From NCBI RefSeq assembly GCF_013167455.1, contig NZ_CP038328.1: a stretch of 64,000 bases of DNA, one strand, 5' to 3'. The stretch is from Escherichia coli O157:H7 (GTDB taxonomy: Bacteria; Pseudomonadota; Gammaproteobacteria; Enterobacterales; Enterobacteriaceae). Made by a program: the position numbers and the translations under genes. Positions 20,176 through 29,778 of the stretch are shown here, in pieces; the stretch's first letter is position 1, and every line of letters begins with the position of its first letter. Under the pieces are notes generated by a model, which was not told where the DNA came from, made no database searches, and saw nothing but the letters and a program-made list of their open reading frames with translations.

Positions 20176-21519
20176 TTAAATCACACCCTGCGCCAGCATC
20201 GCATCGGCAACCTTCACAAAACCGGCAATGTTCGCGCCCTGCACGTAGTTGGTTTGCTCACCTTCACCACCATGCTCAACACAGGCATGGTGGATATCCA
20301 GCATGATGTGATGCAAACGTGCGTCAACTTTCTCGGCTTTCCAGCCCAGGCGCGCAGCGTTTTGTGCCATTTCCAGGCCCGATGTAGCGACGCCACCAGC
20401 ATTAGCCGCTTTACCCGGTGCAAATAGTACGCCTGCCTGCTGGAACAGTTCAGTCGCTTCGATGGTGGTCGGCATATTTGCCCCTTCGGCGACGGCTTTA
20501 ACGCCATTAGCGATAAGCTGATGCGCGGCGTCAACATCCAGTTCGTTCTGGGTAGCGCAAGGCAGGGCGATATCAACCGGTACAGACCACGGCTGTTGGC
20601 CTTCGAGATAGACCAGACCAAATTCTTTGGCGTAATCTGCCACTCGACCATCGCGGCTGGATTTGATTTCGATAAGACGTGCCAGTTTCTCTTTCGTGAA
20701 TCCGCTTTCATCAACTACAGTGCCGCTGGAGTCTGACGCAGTGATCACACGAGCACCAAATTCCATCGCTTTTTCGATAGCGTACTGGGCGACGTTGCCG
20801 GAGCCAGAAACGGAAACGCGCATGCCTTCAAAACCCATACCGTGGCGTTTTAGCATTGCTTCTGTGAAATAAACCAGACCGTAGCCGGTAGCTTCCGGGC
20901 GAATAAGACTGCCGCCAAATGAAAGGCCCTTACCGGTGAAGACGCAGGCGGTATTGTTGGAGAGCTTTTTCATCATCCCCGCCATAAAGCCGACTTCACG
21001 ACCACCAACCCCGATATCACCTGCCGGAACGTCGGTATCCGCGCCCAGGTGGCGATACAGTTCAGTCATCAGCGCCTGGCAGAAACGCATCACTTCGCCT
21101 TCGCTTTTCCCTTTCGGGTCGAAATCGCTGCCGCCTTTACCACCGCCCATCGGCAGAGTAGTCAGGGCATTTTTGAAGGTTTGTTCGAAGCCGAGGAATT
21201 TAAGAATGGAAAGGTTAACTGACGGATGGAAGCGCATACCGCCTTTGTACGGGCCGATGGCAGAGCTGAACTGCACACGCCATGCACGGTTGACCTGTAC
21301 CTGATTGCGATCATCAACCCATACCACGCGAAACTGGATCACGCGCTCCGGTTCAACCAGACGCTCCAGTAATGACATCTGGCGATATTTTGGATTTTGT
21401 TCAAGAAAAGGCCAGAGTGTGGTCATTACTTCACGAACGGCTTGCGCGAACTCGGTTTGATTCGGGTCGCGCTTTTGGACATGGTTGAGGAATGACTCCA
21501 GAGAATATGTCTGATCCAT
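20176..21519 (-). CDS. gdhA: NADP-specific glutamate dehydrogenase
   Basis: 447-aa ORF MDQTYSLESFLNHVQKRDPNQTEF..., GGGKGG motif. Confidence 0.95.
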   Translation of the reverse strand: MDQTYSLESFLNHVQKRDPNQTEFAQAVREVMTTLWPFLEQNPKYRQMSLLERLVEPERVIQFRVVWVDDRNQVQVNRAWRVQFSSAIGPYKGGMRFHPSVNLSILKFLGFEQTFKNALTTLPMGGGKGGSDFDPKGKSEGEVMRFCQALMTELYRHLGADTDVPAGDIGVGGREVGFMAGMMKKLSNNTACVFTGKGLSFGGSLIRPEATGYGLVYFTEAMLKRHGMGFEGMRVSVSGSGNVAQYAIEKAMEFGARVITASDSSGTVVDESGFTKEKLARLIEIKSSRDGRVADYAKEFGLVYLEGQQPWSVPVDIALPCATQNELDVDAAHQLIANGVKAVAEGANMPTTIEATELFQQAGVLFAPGKAANAGGVATSGLEMAQNAARLGWKAEKVDARLHHIMLDIHHACVEHGGEGEQTNYVQGANIAGFVKVADAMLAQGVI

Positions 21520-21754
21520 AGATATAAAACCCTTATATATTAATACGATTGTGCTTATGTTGTTTATGTCATGTGCTTTTGCAGTTTTCGACTATACCAT
21601 CAAGAATGTGACGGTAAGCAAGAAAAAAATGACCCAGGAAAGCAAATTAATAACGAGAGTAATCTCATAACCAAATGCGATAACTCAGACGCTAAAGTTT
21701 TGCCACCCGGCTACCGTTATCAGTAGCAGAGACAATAACGTTAAGGAGTTCCCT

Positions 21755-22027
21755 GTGAGTCGAGCATTGTTCGCCGTAGTATTAGCATTTCCATTAATTG
21801 CACTGGCTAACCCGCATTATGGTCCGGACGTGGAGGTAAACGTACCGCCAGAAGTGGTCAGTTCAGGCGGGCAGTCAGCGCAGCCCTGTACTCAGTGCTG
21901 CGTTTATCAGGATAAAAATTATTCTGAAGGGGCGGTAATTAAAGCCGAAGGAATACTGCTGCAATGCCAGCGGGATGACAAAACCCTTAGCACTAATCCG
22001 CTGGTCTGGCGGCGCGTAAAGCCATAA
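21755..22027 (+). CDS. ynjH: secreted small protein of unknown function (DUF1496)
   Basis: 90-aa ORF with GTG start 6 nt after AAGGAG; N-terminal signal peptide MSRALFAVVLAFPLIALA. Confidence 0.75.
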   Translation: MSRALFAVVLAFPLIALANPHYGPDVEVNVPPEVVSSGGQSAQPCTQCCVYQDKNYSEGAVIKAEGILLQCQRDDKTLSTNPLVWRRVKP

Positions 22028-22400
22028 ACGCCTCTAATAATGGAATGTCAGCAGGAGCCAGCGGATATTGCAGCGCCTCTTCAGGTGAGCACCAGACCAG
22101 CGCCTGATGTTCATGTGCCTGTAACGTCCCGTGGAAGTCGGGTACGTGCCAGGCATGAAGATGGATAATCCGGCCCGAAACTTCTCGCTGATGGCTGGCA
22201 ACATACTCACCCACAGTTGCTTCGATGCCCAATTCTTCGTTTAACTCACGCACCAGCGCCTGCTGCTGGCTTTCATCCGGCTCGACTTTACCACCGGCAA
22301 ACTCCCATAATCCCGCCTGATCGCTCTGGGCGGGGCGTTGCGCGAGTAAAATTTTGCCATCACGTTCAATGATGGCGGCAACAACTTCAATCATTTTCAT
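21993..22400 (-). CDS. nudG: Nudix hydrolase (CTP/dCTP pyrophosphohydrolase)
   Basis: 135-aa ORF with Nudix box GGKVEPDESQQQALVRELNEELGI. Confidence 0.85.
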   Translation of the reverse strand: MKMIEVVAAIIERDGKILLAQRPAQSDQAGLWEFAGGKVEPDESQQQALVRELNEELGIEATVGEYVASHQREVSGRIIHLHAWHVPDFHGTLQAHEHQALVWCSPEEALQYPLAPADIPLLEAFMALRAARPAD

Positions 22401-22486
22401 AAATTACACACGGGCAGATAAGCGAAAAATGCCATAATATCCGCACTGTTGCTCAATCAGAAAGGCTTTATATTTAAGGAGTGCCT

Positions 22487-23107
22487 GTGCTAGACCGCCA
22501 TCTTCATCCCCGGATTAAACCGTTGTTGCATCAGTGTGTGCGGGTTCTTGATAAACCGGGCATTACGCCAGATGGTTTAACATTAGTGGGATTTGCCATC
22601 GGTGTGCTGGCACTGCCTTTTCTGGCGCTGGGCTGGTATCTGGCGGCGCTTGTCGTCATTTTGTTGAACAGGCTGCTTGATGGTCTGGACGGTGCGCTGG
22701 CGCGGCGCAGAGGGCTTACCGACGCGGGCGGCTTTCTTGATATTTCTCTCGATTTTCTTTTTTACGCGCTGGTACCTTTTGGGTTTATCCTCGCCGCACC
22801 GCAGCAAAACGCCCTGGCAGGCGGCTGGCTGCTGTTTGCGTTTATCGGCACGGGTAGCAGTTTTCTCGCTTTTGCTGCGCTGGCGGCGAAATATCAGATT
22901 GATAATCCCGGTTATGCGCATAAATCGTTTTATTATCTGGGGGGATTAACCGAAGGCACAGAAACGATCTTACTGTTTGTGCTGGGATGTTTATTCCCTG
23001 CATGGTTTGCGTGGTTTGCGTGGATCTTCGGTGCGTTGTGCTGGATGACGACCTTTACGCGGGTGTGGAGTGGGTATCTGACGCTGAAGTCGCTCCAGCG
23101 TCAGTAA
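22487..23107 (+). CDS. ynjF: CDP-alcohol phosphatidyltransferase family membrane protein
   Basis: 206 codons from the GTG at 22487 (6 nt after AAGGAG); DG(x2)AR...G...D...D motif (LDGLDGALARRRGLTDAGGFLDISLD). Confidence 0.8.
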   Translation: MLDRHLHPRIKPLLHQCVRVLDKPGITPDGLTLVGFAIGVLALPFLALGWYLAALVVILLNRLLDGLDGALARRRGLTDAGGFLDISLDFLFYALVPFGFILAAPQQNALAGGWLLFAFIGTGSSFLAFAALAAKYQIDNPGYAHKSFYYLGGLTEGTETILLFVLGCLFPAWFAWFAWIFGALCWMTTFTRVWSGYLTLKSLQRQ

Positions 23108-23115
23108 TTGCAATG

Positions 23116-24438
23116 TTATTTGCTGCTGTCCGGGCCGCGTTCACCGGTTGCTACCGGATTTTTTGGATCGCTGCTCCATTCGTACCAGCCGCCGTCGTAA
23201 ACGGAGACGTTATTCCAGCCCATTGCTCGTGCGTACATAAAGGTTTCGGACGCGCGCCAGCCGGTGCCGCAGTAGAATGAAACTTGCTGATCTGGTTTGA
23301 TATTCCATGCTTTCCACATAGCGGTAATATCATCGGCGCTACGCATGGTGCCATCCGGATTATGGAAATCTTCCATATGCGTCGAGTCGCTACCAGCGTG
23401 TCCCCAACGTGCTCCGGCTATTTCACCTTTTGGTTTAATATAGCTGTAACCGCTGGTCGTACCGATAAATTCTGGCCACGAACGAATGCTCACCAGCGAT
23501 GCATCCTGGCGATGCAGCAGTCCACGGGCCTGTTCCATATCGAGCATCAACTGCGGTTGTGCCGGGATCTTCACGCCGAAATCCGGTTCCGCTTTCACTT
23601 TCGGTGGCGTACCGCGCTCAACGGGCAGACCCGCGTCGGACCAGGTTTGCCAGCCGCCATCCAGCAGGCGCACATCTTTCACGCCGGCATAAAGCATAAT
23701 CTGCGCCACACGCGCTGCAGCGTATACGTCACGCCCGTACAGAATGACCGTGGTGTCATGGCGAATGCCGTGTTTTGCCAGCATCGCTTTTAGTTGTTCA
23801 TCAGAAACTTTGTTCCACAGCGGTTCGCTTTCCACTTCGTTGGTATCGATGTAGTCAGCACCGGGAATATGGCTGATAAGGTAAAGCTTAGGAGCGCCCC
23901 TGGCCGCTTCAATGACTTTCCAGTCACCGGCAGGTTTCGCCGTAACCTCTTTACCTTGTTGCAGGTCGTGCAGCCATTGCGGATAAACCAGCTGCTCAAA
24001 GTGCGGCAGTTTTTGTAGACGGGAAGGTTCGCTTAGCGCGTCACTCAGAATGGAGATATGCGTAAAACCTGCTTTTTGCAGTCGCGTTTTGACGGCGTCG
24101 ACATCTTTGCCATTACCGTACAGCGCCACCGGGGCATCGGCTTTCAGGTTATGTTGCTTGATCCACGCGTTGAGCTGTTCGGTGCTCATTTTGTCAAGCC
24201 AGCTAGCAGAGAGGTTTAAGGCGGCAGGTTCATGACCAGAAGGGCCATTTAAGGTTTGTGGCCAGCCGTTATAAAACGCGCTGGAGCGAGTATCTATCGC
24301 TTTGCCATTTTGTTGTTGAAGCTGGTCAAGTGTAAGAGGCTTCGCCAGTTCAGCGGCCCACGAAGAAGCGCAAGCCAGCCCTAAAGCCATTGCCAGCGCG
24401 GTCATTTGAGAAACACGTTTCATCGAAAATCCCGACAT
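23116..24438 (-). CDS. ynjE: three-domain rhodanese (thiosulfate/mercaptopyruvate sulfurtransferase), periplasmic
   Basis: 440-aa ORF (435 aa from the second Met); signal peptide; active-site loop CGTGWRAS. Confidence 0.85.
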   Translation of the reverse strand: MSGFSMKRVSQMTALAMALGLACASSWAAELAKPLTLDQLQQQNGKAIDTRSSAFYNGWPQTLNGPSGHEPAALNLSASWLDKMSTEQLNAWIKQHNLKADAPVALYGNGKDVDAVKTRLQKAGFTHISILSDALSEPSRLQKLPHFEQLVYPQWLHDLQQGKEVTAKPAGDWKVIEAARGAPKLYLISHIPGADYIDTNEVESEPLWNKVSDEQLKAMLAKHGIRHDTTVILYGRDVYAAARVAQIMLYAGVKDVRLLDGGWQTWSDAGLPVERGTPPKVKAEPDFGVKIPAQPQLMLDMEQARGLLHRQDASLVSIRSWPEFIGTTSGYSYIKPKGEIAGARWGHAGSDSTHMEDFHNPDGTMRSADDITAMWKAWNIKPDQQVSFYCGTGWRASETFMYARAMGWNNVSVYDGGWYEWSSDPKNPVATGERGPDSSK

Positions 24439-24489
24439 TGTAGTTTTGAGTGCGCCATTCTGAACTGACGCATTGAGAAAAACTTTGCG

Positions 24490-25143
24490 TTATCGCAGTT
24501 TGTTGTAATTTTCTGACCACTGCGCCATATCCAGAACAGAACTATCAGCAGGAACATCCTGGAGATCGTGCGTTACCTGAACGACGGGGATCGCCAGTTC
24601 GCGAACTTCGCTGAACACCCACTGGCGAAAATTATCGCGCAGAGCCACATCAAGACGGCTGAATGGCTCATCCAGTAGCAACGCTTTTGGCTGAGCGAGA
24701 AGGGCGCGAAGCAGAGCAACGCGCGCTCGCTGACCGCCAGACAAAGTAGCAGGATCCTGATGGAAAGCTCCGTCAAGGCCTGAACGCTCAAGTGCATCAT
24801 TCACGGCATTACGTCGGGCATTCCCCTTAAGTGTCGCCGGTAGCGCCAGCAGTAAATTTTGCCCGACACTGAACTGGTCAAATAACAGTGCATCCTGAAA
24901 AAGAATGCCAATCTGACGCTGTGCGGTGGGTAGCATGTCAATCCGTTGCTCATTGAGCCATAGCTCACCTGTACAAGAAAACTGTCCGGCCAGTGCACCA
25001 ATCATCCATGAAAACAGAGTGGATTTTCCACAGCCAGACGGCCCCATTAACGTGACAATGTCACCTTTATCCACCGTAAAGTTAACGTTTGTCAGCAAGC
25101 AACTTTCTGGTAAACGTAGCGAAACATTTTTCACGCAGAGCAT
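24490..25143 (-). CDS. ynjD: ABC transporter ATP-binding protein
   Basis: 217 codons from MLCVKNVSLRL; Walker A GPSGCGKST, signature LSGGQRARV, Walker B LLLDE; start overlaps the ynjC stop. Confidence 0.85.
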   Translation of the reverse strand: MLCVKNVSLRLPESCLLTNVNFTVDKGDIVTLMGPSGCGKSTLFSWMIGALAGQFSCTGELWLNEQRIDMLPTAQRQIGILFQDALLFDQFSVGQNLLLALPATLKGNARRNAVNDALERSGLDGAFHQDPATLSGGQRARVALLRALLAQPKALLLDEPFSRLDVALRDNFRQWVFSEVRELAIPVVQVTHDLQDVPADSSVLDMAQWSENYNKLR

Positions 25144-26678
25144 TAGCGGAGTCCTTGTCTGACATAACCTACCCATTTTGCGACTAACGCGGTCAGGGCA
25201 AAAATAATAAGCGGTAATAGCAGTTGCCATAAAGCCAGGGCGGCGAGAATACCGTTGCTGCCGCCGCTGCTTAATGCCACCGCCTCAGTGGTGAGCGTCG
25301 GAAAACGCCCCGCGCCCAGCCACAGCGTCGGCATATACTGCGCAATACTGACTGAAAATCCCACCGCGAAGGCAATCAGCGTAGGGCGTAGCATAAGCGG
25401 ACATTTCACGTAAAAGAAGATTTTGGCCCGCGACCAGCCCAGTGTTTGTGCAATCAAAATTAACCGTGAATCAATGCGCTGCCAGGCGGGTTGCAGGATA
25501 AACAGCATCCACGGCATTACCCACAGCAGATGCCCCCAGACCACCGCCGTCCAGCTTCCATCCATGTTCAGCCATAGCGCCAGCGTGTACTGGCCCGCCA
25601 CCAGCGGCAGTGCCGGTAATAAAATCGGCAACCATAGCCACAACTGGCGACGCTGTGGCCCCCATTCCAGCCACAGCAGTAACAGGAGCAAAGCGATGAA
25701 TGTCGCCACCAGCCCCATTGTCAGGCTGTTGATGAGCGCTTCACTATTGATCGTCGACTGATCCGCGAGGATCGCCAGCAGAACCACACACAGCACACTG
25801 GTCAAGGGTAAAAAACTCGCCAGCGTAATGCCTGGCAATAAAGGCGTGGCAGGCTTACGAACGCCATCTACGCGGGGAATAGTACGCCGCCAGGTACACC
25901 ATAGCAGATAGCCCAGCAAAACGTAGGCGGCGAGTAACAACATCAGCAGCAGGCTGGCGAGTGCGCCTTTCGTTTGTTGATCGGCGTCGCCCTGAGTTAA
26001 CCACTGCCAGCTAATTACTGCCAGCGTCGGTGGATTACCTGGCCCAAGAATAATCGCCACATCTACGACCGACAGCGACCAGGCAACAATCGCCAGCATC
26101 GCCATTGCCAGCGCAGGCGCGACGGAGGGCAACAGCAGCCAGTTCAGGCATTGCCAGCGGCTGTAGCCCAGCGAATCCAGCACGATGACTTGCTGTAAAA
26201 GCCGTTTTTCACTCAATACCGCTGCTAAGATCCACAGCAGAAATGCGCTTTCTTTCACCGCCAGCGTGAAGCCCAGCCCAATACCCAATTTGTCCATTGG
26301 CGGAGTGAAATACGGGAAATAGTCATAAAGCAGCCCTCCGTCAGCAAAGAGCAGAAGGGCGCTGGTGGCAAAAGCCACATGGGGAATGGCGAGCAGCCAC
26401 GGCAGACGGGTGCACATACGCTGCCATTTCGGCCCAGGCCACAGCGCCACAATCACCAGTAGGGCAATCAACAACGCCCCGACCGCCGCGATGGTTGTCG
26501 ACACCAGCGTTGCCAGTAATGCCTGCGGTAACTGTGGATCGGCAAATAACGCCTGCCAGTGTGTCAACGACAAAGCAGGCGATATCAGCGTGAGAGCTGC
26601 CGGGATCAGCGGTGCATAAATCACCGCCACCATCGCCCACAGCAAAAAGATTAATGCGTACCGTAACGGTGTAGCCAT
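25143..26678 (-). CDS. ynjC: ABC transporter permease (fused two-domain)
   Basis: 511 codons from MATPLRYALIFLLW; about 12 hydrophobic spans. Confidence 0.85.
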   Translation of the reverse strand: MATPLRYALIFLLWAMVAVIYAPLIPAALTLISPALSLTHWQALFADPQLPQALLATLVSTTIAAVGALLIALLVIVALWPGPKWQRMCTRLPWLLAIPHVAFATSALLLFADGGLLYDYFPYFTPPMDKLGIGLGFTLAVKESAFLLWILAAVLSEKRLLQQVIVLDSLGYSRWQCLNWLLLPSVAPALAMAMLAIVAWSLSVVDVAIILGPGNPPTLAVISWQWLTQGDADQQTKGALASLLLMLLLAAYVLLGYLLWCTWRRTIPRVDGVRKPATPLLPGITLASFLPLTSVLCVVLLAILADQSTINSEALINSLTMGLVATFIALLLLLLWLEWGPQRRQLWLWLPILLPALPLVAGQYTLALWLNMDGSWTAVVWGHLLWVMPWMLFILQPAWQRIDSRLILIAQTLGWSRAKIFFYVKCPLMLRPTLIAFAVGFSVSIAQYMPTLWLGAGRFPTLTTEAVALSSGGSNGILAALALWQLLLPLIIFALTALVAKWVGYVRQGLR

Positions 26679-27817
26679 TCTTGTTCCAGCGCATTTACCC
26701 AACCTGCGTGCGGTTCAGCCAGTACCGGCGGCAGATCTTGCGGCATTCTTGATTGCAATGTTTCGCGCTGCCCATCAGGCAGTTTTTGCGGATCGAGAAC
26801 AGAAGGATCGCCCCAGACAGCGGGATCTGCTTTACGCAATTGCGCATCGGGTGAGAGCAAGAAATTGGCAACTACCTTCGCCGCAGCACTGGCATTCGCG
26901 TTGGCAGGAATGGTGACGAAATGCACGTTGCCAATCATCCCCTCGCGAAAGCCAAAACTGTAACTGCTTGCAGGCAAATCGCCGCTGGCGATTTTTTGCT
27001 GCGCATGCGCGGGGTTAAAGGTCAGCGACAGGCGAAATGTTCCGGCTTTCAGCAGAGCATCCATCCGCGCGGGCGAAGGCGGGAAATCCTTTCCTTCGCG
27101 CCACAAATACGGATGCAGCGCATCAAGATATTGCCACAAGGGAGCAGTGACACGGGCGAAAGTCGCATCGTTCGGCGCTTCATTTAATGCGGCGGGATCG
27201 GGCGTCAGCATAATCAGCAACTGTTCAAGAAACGCCGTGCCGGTAAAGTCCGGTGGGCGCGGATAGGTAACCGTGCCGGGATTGGCTTTAGCAAACTCCA
27301 GTAAGGCTTGCGGCGTTTGTGGTGGCTGTGGCGTAACATCGCGGCGGGCGATAAATGTCAGTTGTGCGCCCCCCCAGGGCGATTCAGCCCCTTCTGTAGG
27401 CACTGAAAAATCTTCCCGCACCGGCAGCTGTGTGTCGACATAGCGCCAGTTGGGCAGAGTCTCTGCCCAGTCGGTTTGCAGTAAATTGGCCTCTTTTAAG
27501 GTGCGGAAGTTTTCGCCGTTCACCCAGAGCAGATCCACCGAGCCGCCCGTTTTACGTCCGGCAGCAGCTTCGGTCTGAATGCGCTTCACCGCGTCTGCGG
27601 CATCCGCCAGACGAACAATCTTCAGGTTTATAGCGTAATGGGTTTTCATCTCGCCGCTAACCCAGTCGAGATAGCGGTTAATTGCGGTATCGCCGCCCCA
27701 GGCGTTAAACCAGACAGTTTGCCCTTTGGCCTCATTTTTAATTTCTTGCCAGTCACTGGCATGTGTTGCCAGAGAAAACAGCGATAACAATCCCAGCAAC
27801 CACCCACAATGGCGCAT
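26651..27817 (-). CDS. ynjB: ABC transporter periplasmic substrate-binding protein
   Basis: 388 codons with signal peptide MRHCGWLLGLLSLFSLATHA; overlaps the ynjC start by 28 bp. Confidence 0.8.
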   Translation of the reverse strand: MRHCGWLLGLLSLFSLATHASDWQEIKNEAKGQTVWFNAWGGDTAINRYLDWVSGEMKTHYAINLKIVRLADAADAVKRIQTEAAAGRKTGGSVDLLWVNGENFRTLKEANLLQTDWAETLPNWRYVDTQLPVREDFSVPTEGAESPWGGAQLTFIARRDVTPQPPQTPQALLEFAKANPGTVTYPRPPDFTGTAFLEQLLIMLTPDPAALNEAPNDATFARVTAPLWQYLDALHPYLWREGKDFPPSPARMDALLKAGTFRLSLTFNPAHAQQKIASGDLPASSYSFGFREGMIGNVHFVTIPANANASAAAKVVANFLLSPDAQLRKADPAVWGDPSVLDPQKLPDGQRETLQSRMPQDLPPVLAEPHAGWVNALEQEWLHRYGTH

Positions 27818-27826
27818 CATCTCTCC

Positions 27827-28375
27827 TTAAGAACGTTTTTCCGGAATACGGCACAGCCCCTGAGCGGGAATGTCCATGGCAGAATTAAAACGGGCTGACA
27901 GATTTTGCAGGCCGATCAATGCCGTCAGTTCGGTGAGCTCCTGAGCGTCAAAATGCGCAGCCAGTCGGGTACGCAGGGCATCATCGACCGTTGGCGGCGT
28001 TACGCTTGCGGCTTCGGCGTACTCCAGCGCCAGCCGTTCTTCATCGCTAAAGAGCGGGCTTTGCCGCCAGTCAGCCACTGCCAGCAGTTTATCGCTGCTG
28101 CCGGTGCGCTCGGCGACTTTCATACTGGTGATATCCACACAAAACTCACACAGGCACATTTGCGCAATGCGCGCGCTGACAAGCGATCGTACTACCGGAT
28201 CGAGCGGTGAGCGTTTGCGCTCCAGCCAGCCAACAAACATCGACACCAGATAAAAGATAAACGGGATCCGCCCCCACCAGCGAATGGGGCTTAGCACCTC
28301 GCCGTAATGGCGACGATGCAGCCACGCCTGCGGACGTAAAATGAAAGGAATTTTGCTAAGCGGCGGTAAACCCAT
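27827..28375 (-). CDS. ynjA: AhpD-like / carboxymuconolactone decarboxylase family protein
   Basis: 182-aa ORF with CxxC motif (MCLCEFCVD) typical of AhpD-like proteins. Confidence 0.8.
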   Translation of the reverse strand: MGLPPLSKIPFILRPQAWLHRRHYGEVLSPIRWWGRIPFIFYLVSMFVGWLERKRSPLDPVVRSLVSARIAQMCLCEFCVDITSMKVAERTGSSDKLLAVADWRQSPLFSDEERLALEYAEAASVTPPTVDDALRTRLAAHFDAQELTELTALIGLQNLSARFNSAMDIPAQGLCRIPEKRS

Positions 28376-29082
28376 CAGGCATTCCTCTTCTGGCGCTCAA
28401 GCCATATTTTCTTCGCCATAAAAATCACCACGGTCAGGGCAAACAGAATAAACAGTCCGGTGACAAACCAGAAGGTACCGCCTGTTAACATGCTGCCCGC
28501 CCAGGAATAAACAATAGTCGCCGGTAACTGACCAAGCCCGGTGGCGATAAAAAACGAGCGAAAACGTATTGAAGTCAAACCGGCAGCATAGCTGATTGGA
28601 TCGAAAGGGACAAAAGGCAATAACCGACAGACCAGGATGGTGTGTTTGCCGTAGCGAGTGAAAAAGCCGTCCATACTGTCAAGTACGGTTTTGCCGGTTA
28701 ATTTTTCCACCACTTCGCGGCCCATCACTCTGGCGATAAAAAAGCACAGTGCCGCGCCGGCCATCGAACTGGTCCACGACAGCGAGCCGCCCCAGAACGC
28801 GCCAAACAGCGACGCATTGGCAAAGGTGATCAAAAACGCAGGTAGCGGTGCAGCAATGGCCTGTAAAATCATCAACAAGAACGAGACAACTGCCGCCAGT
28901 GCGCCGTAAGACTGAATAAAGCGTTCTATACCCTGTTGGTCCACGGCGGCAAACGCCGCAACGCTGCGATTGATAAACTCATGGACGCCGGGAAGCAGCG
29001 CCCATGCCAGCAGCATAGCGAACAACAGGATGATGAGGGTTATACGGTAGTACCAGATTTTACGCGATTGCATCTTCATCAT
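28375..29082 (-). CDS. ydjZ: DedA-family inner-membrane protein
   Basis: 235-aa hydrophobic ORF; stop overlaps the ynjA start. Confidence 0.8.
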   Translation of the reverse strand: MMKMQSRKIWYYRITLIILLFAMLLAWALLPGVHEFINRSVAAFAAVDQQGIERFIQSYGALAAVVSFLLMILQAIAAPLPAFLITFANASLFGAFWGGSLSWTSSMAGAALCFFIARVMGREVVEKLTGKTVLDSMDGFFTRYGKHTILVCRLLPFVPFDPISYAAGLTSIRFRSFFIATGLGQLPATIVYSWAGSMLTGGTFWFVTGLFILFALTVVIFMAKKIWLERQKRNA

Positions 29083-29096
29083 CCTTTATCCTGGCT

Positions 29097-29774
29097 TTAT
29101 TCGGTGATTTTAAAGGTAACCGTTGCCAGCGTGTTATTCGCCGGGAGAACCGAGGCATTGCCTTTGAATTTAACTTCACCTCGTTTTTCAACCGCACCAT
29201 AAGTGTATGTTGCATTGCTGACGATGCCGACCGGGCAGCTATCCAGACACACCAGGCAACCCGTTTTCTTCTCTTCTGCTGCCGTTAAATTACCGCCAAA
29301 GCGCATGTCCAGTTTCTTGCCATTACTGTCAACAATCACTTCATCGAAGGAATACGTTTTTGCCGCCCCTTGCCAGTTGACCGAAATATCCAGTTTGCTG
29401 CCTGTGACATGAGTCGTTTCTTTATTATCCATCGTCATGTTTTCGCCCGGTGTACCACCTGCCTCTTTCAGGGCTTCATAAAATGCTTTCGGGGTCGCAT
29501 AACCCATAAACAGCGATTTATGTCCGTTGGAGCCATCTTTAAACACAATACCGTGACGAGTGTCGTCGGTGAGGAAACGACCATTAATTTGCACCAGCAT
29601 GGTTACCGTATGGTTATTGGCATCGACGCGCAGCGGTTGGCTGTTCGAAAGTCCGTCGTATTCCACTTTTGCCGCCGCATTCTCTTTTTGATCGCAGCCG
29701 CTAAGCCCAGCAACAGCCAGTAAGCAGAGTGCAGTCAGTCCTTTTTTCCATGACACTGAATAATGTTGCAACAT
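29097..29774 (-). CDS. ydjY: lipoprotein with C-terminal CxxCxxxCP cysteine motif
   Basis: 225 codons from MLQHYSVSWKKGLTALCLLAVAGLSGC (lipobox LSGC); C-terminal GCLVCLDSCP. Confidence 0.75.
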   Translation of the reverse strand: MLQHYSVSWKKGLTALCLLAVAGLSGCDQKENAAAKVEYDGLSNSQPLRVDANNHTVTMLVQINGRFLTDDTRHGIVFKDGSNGHKSLFMGYATPKAFYEALKEAGGTPGENMTMDNKETTHVTGSKLDISVNWQGAAKTYSFDEVIVDSNGKKLDMRFGGNLTAAEEKKTGCLVCLDSCPVGIVSNATYTYGAVEKRGEVKFKGNASVLPANNTLATVTFKITE

Positions 29775-29778
29775 CGTT

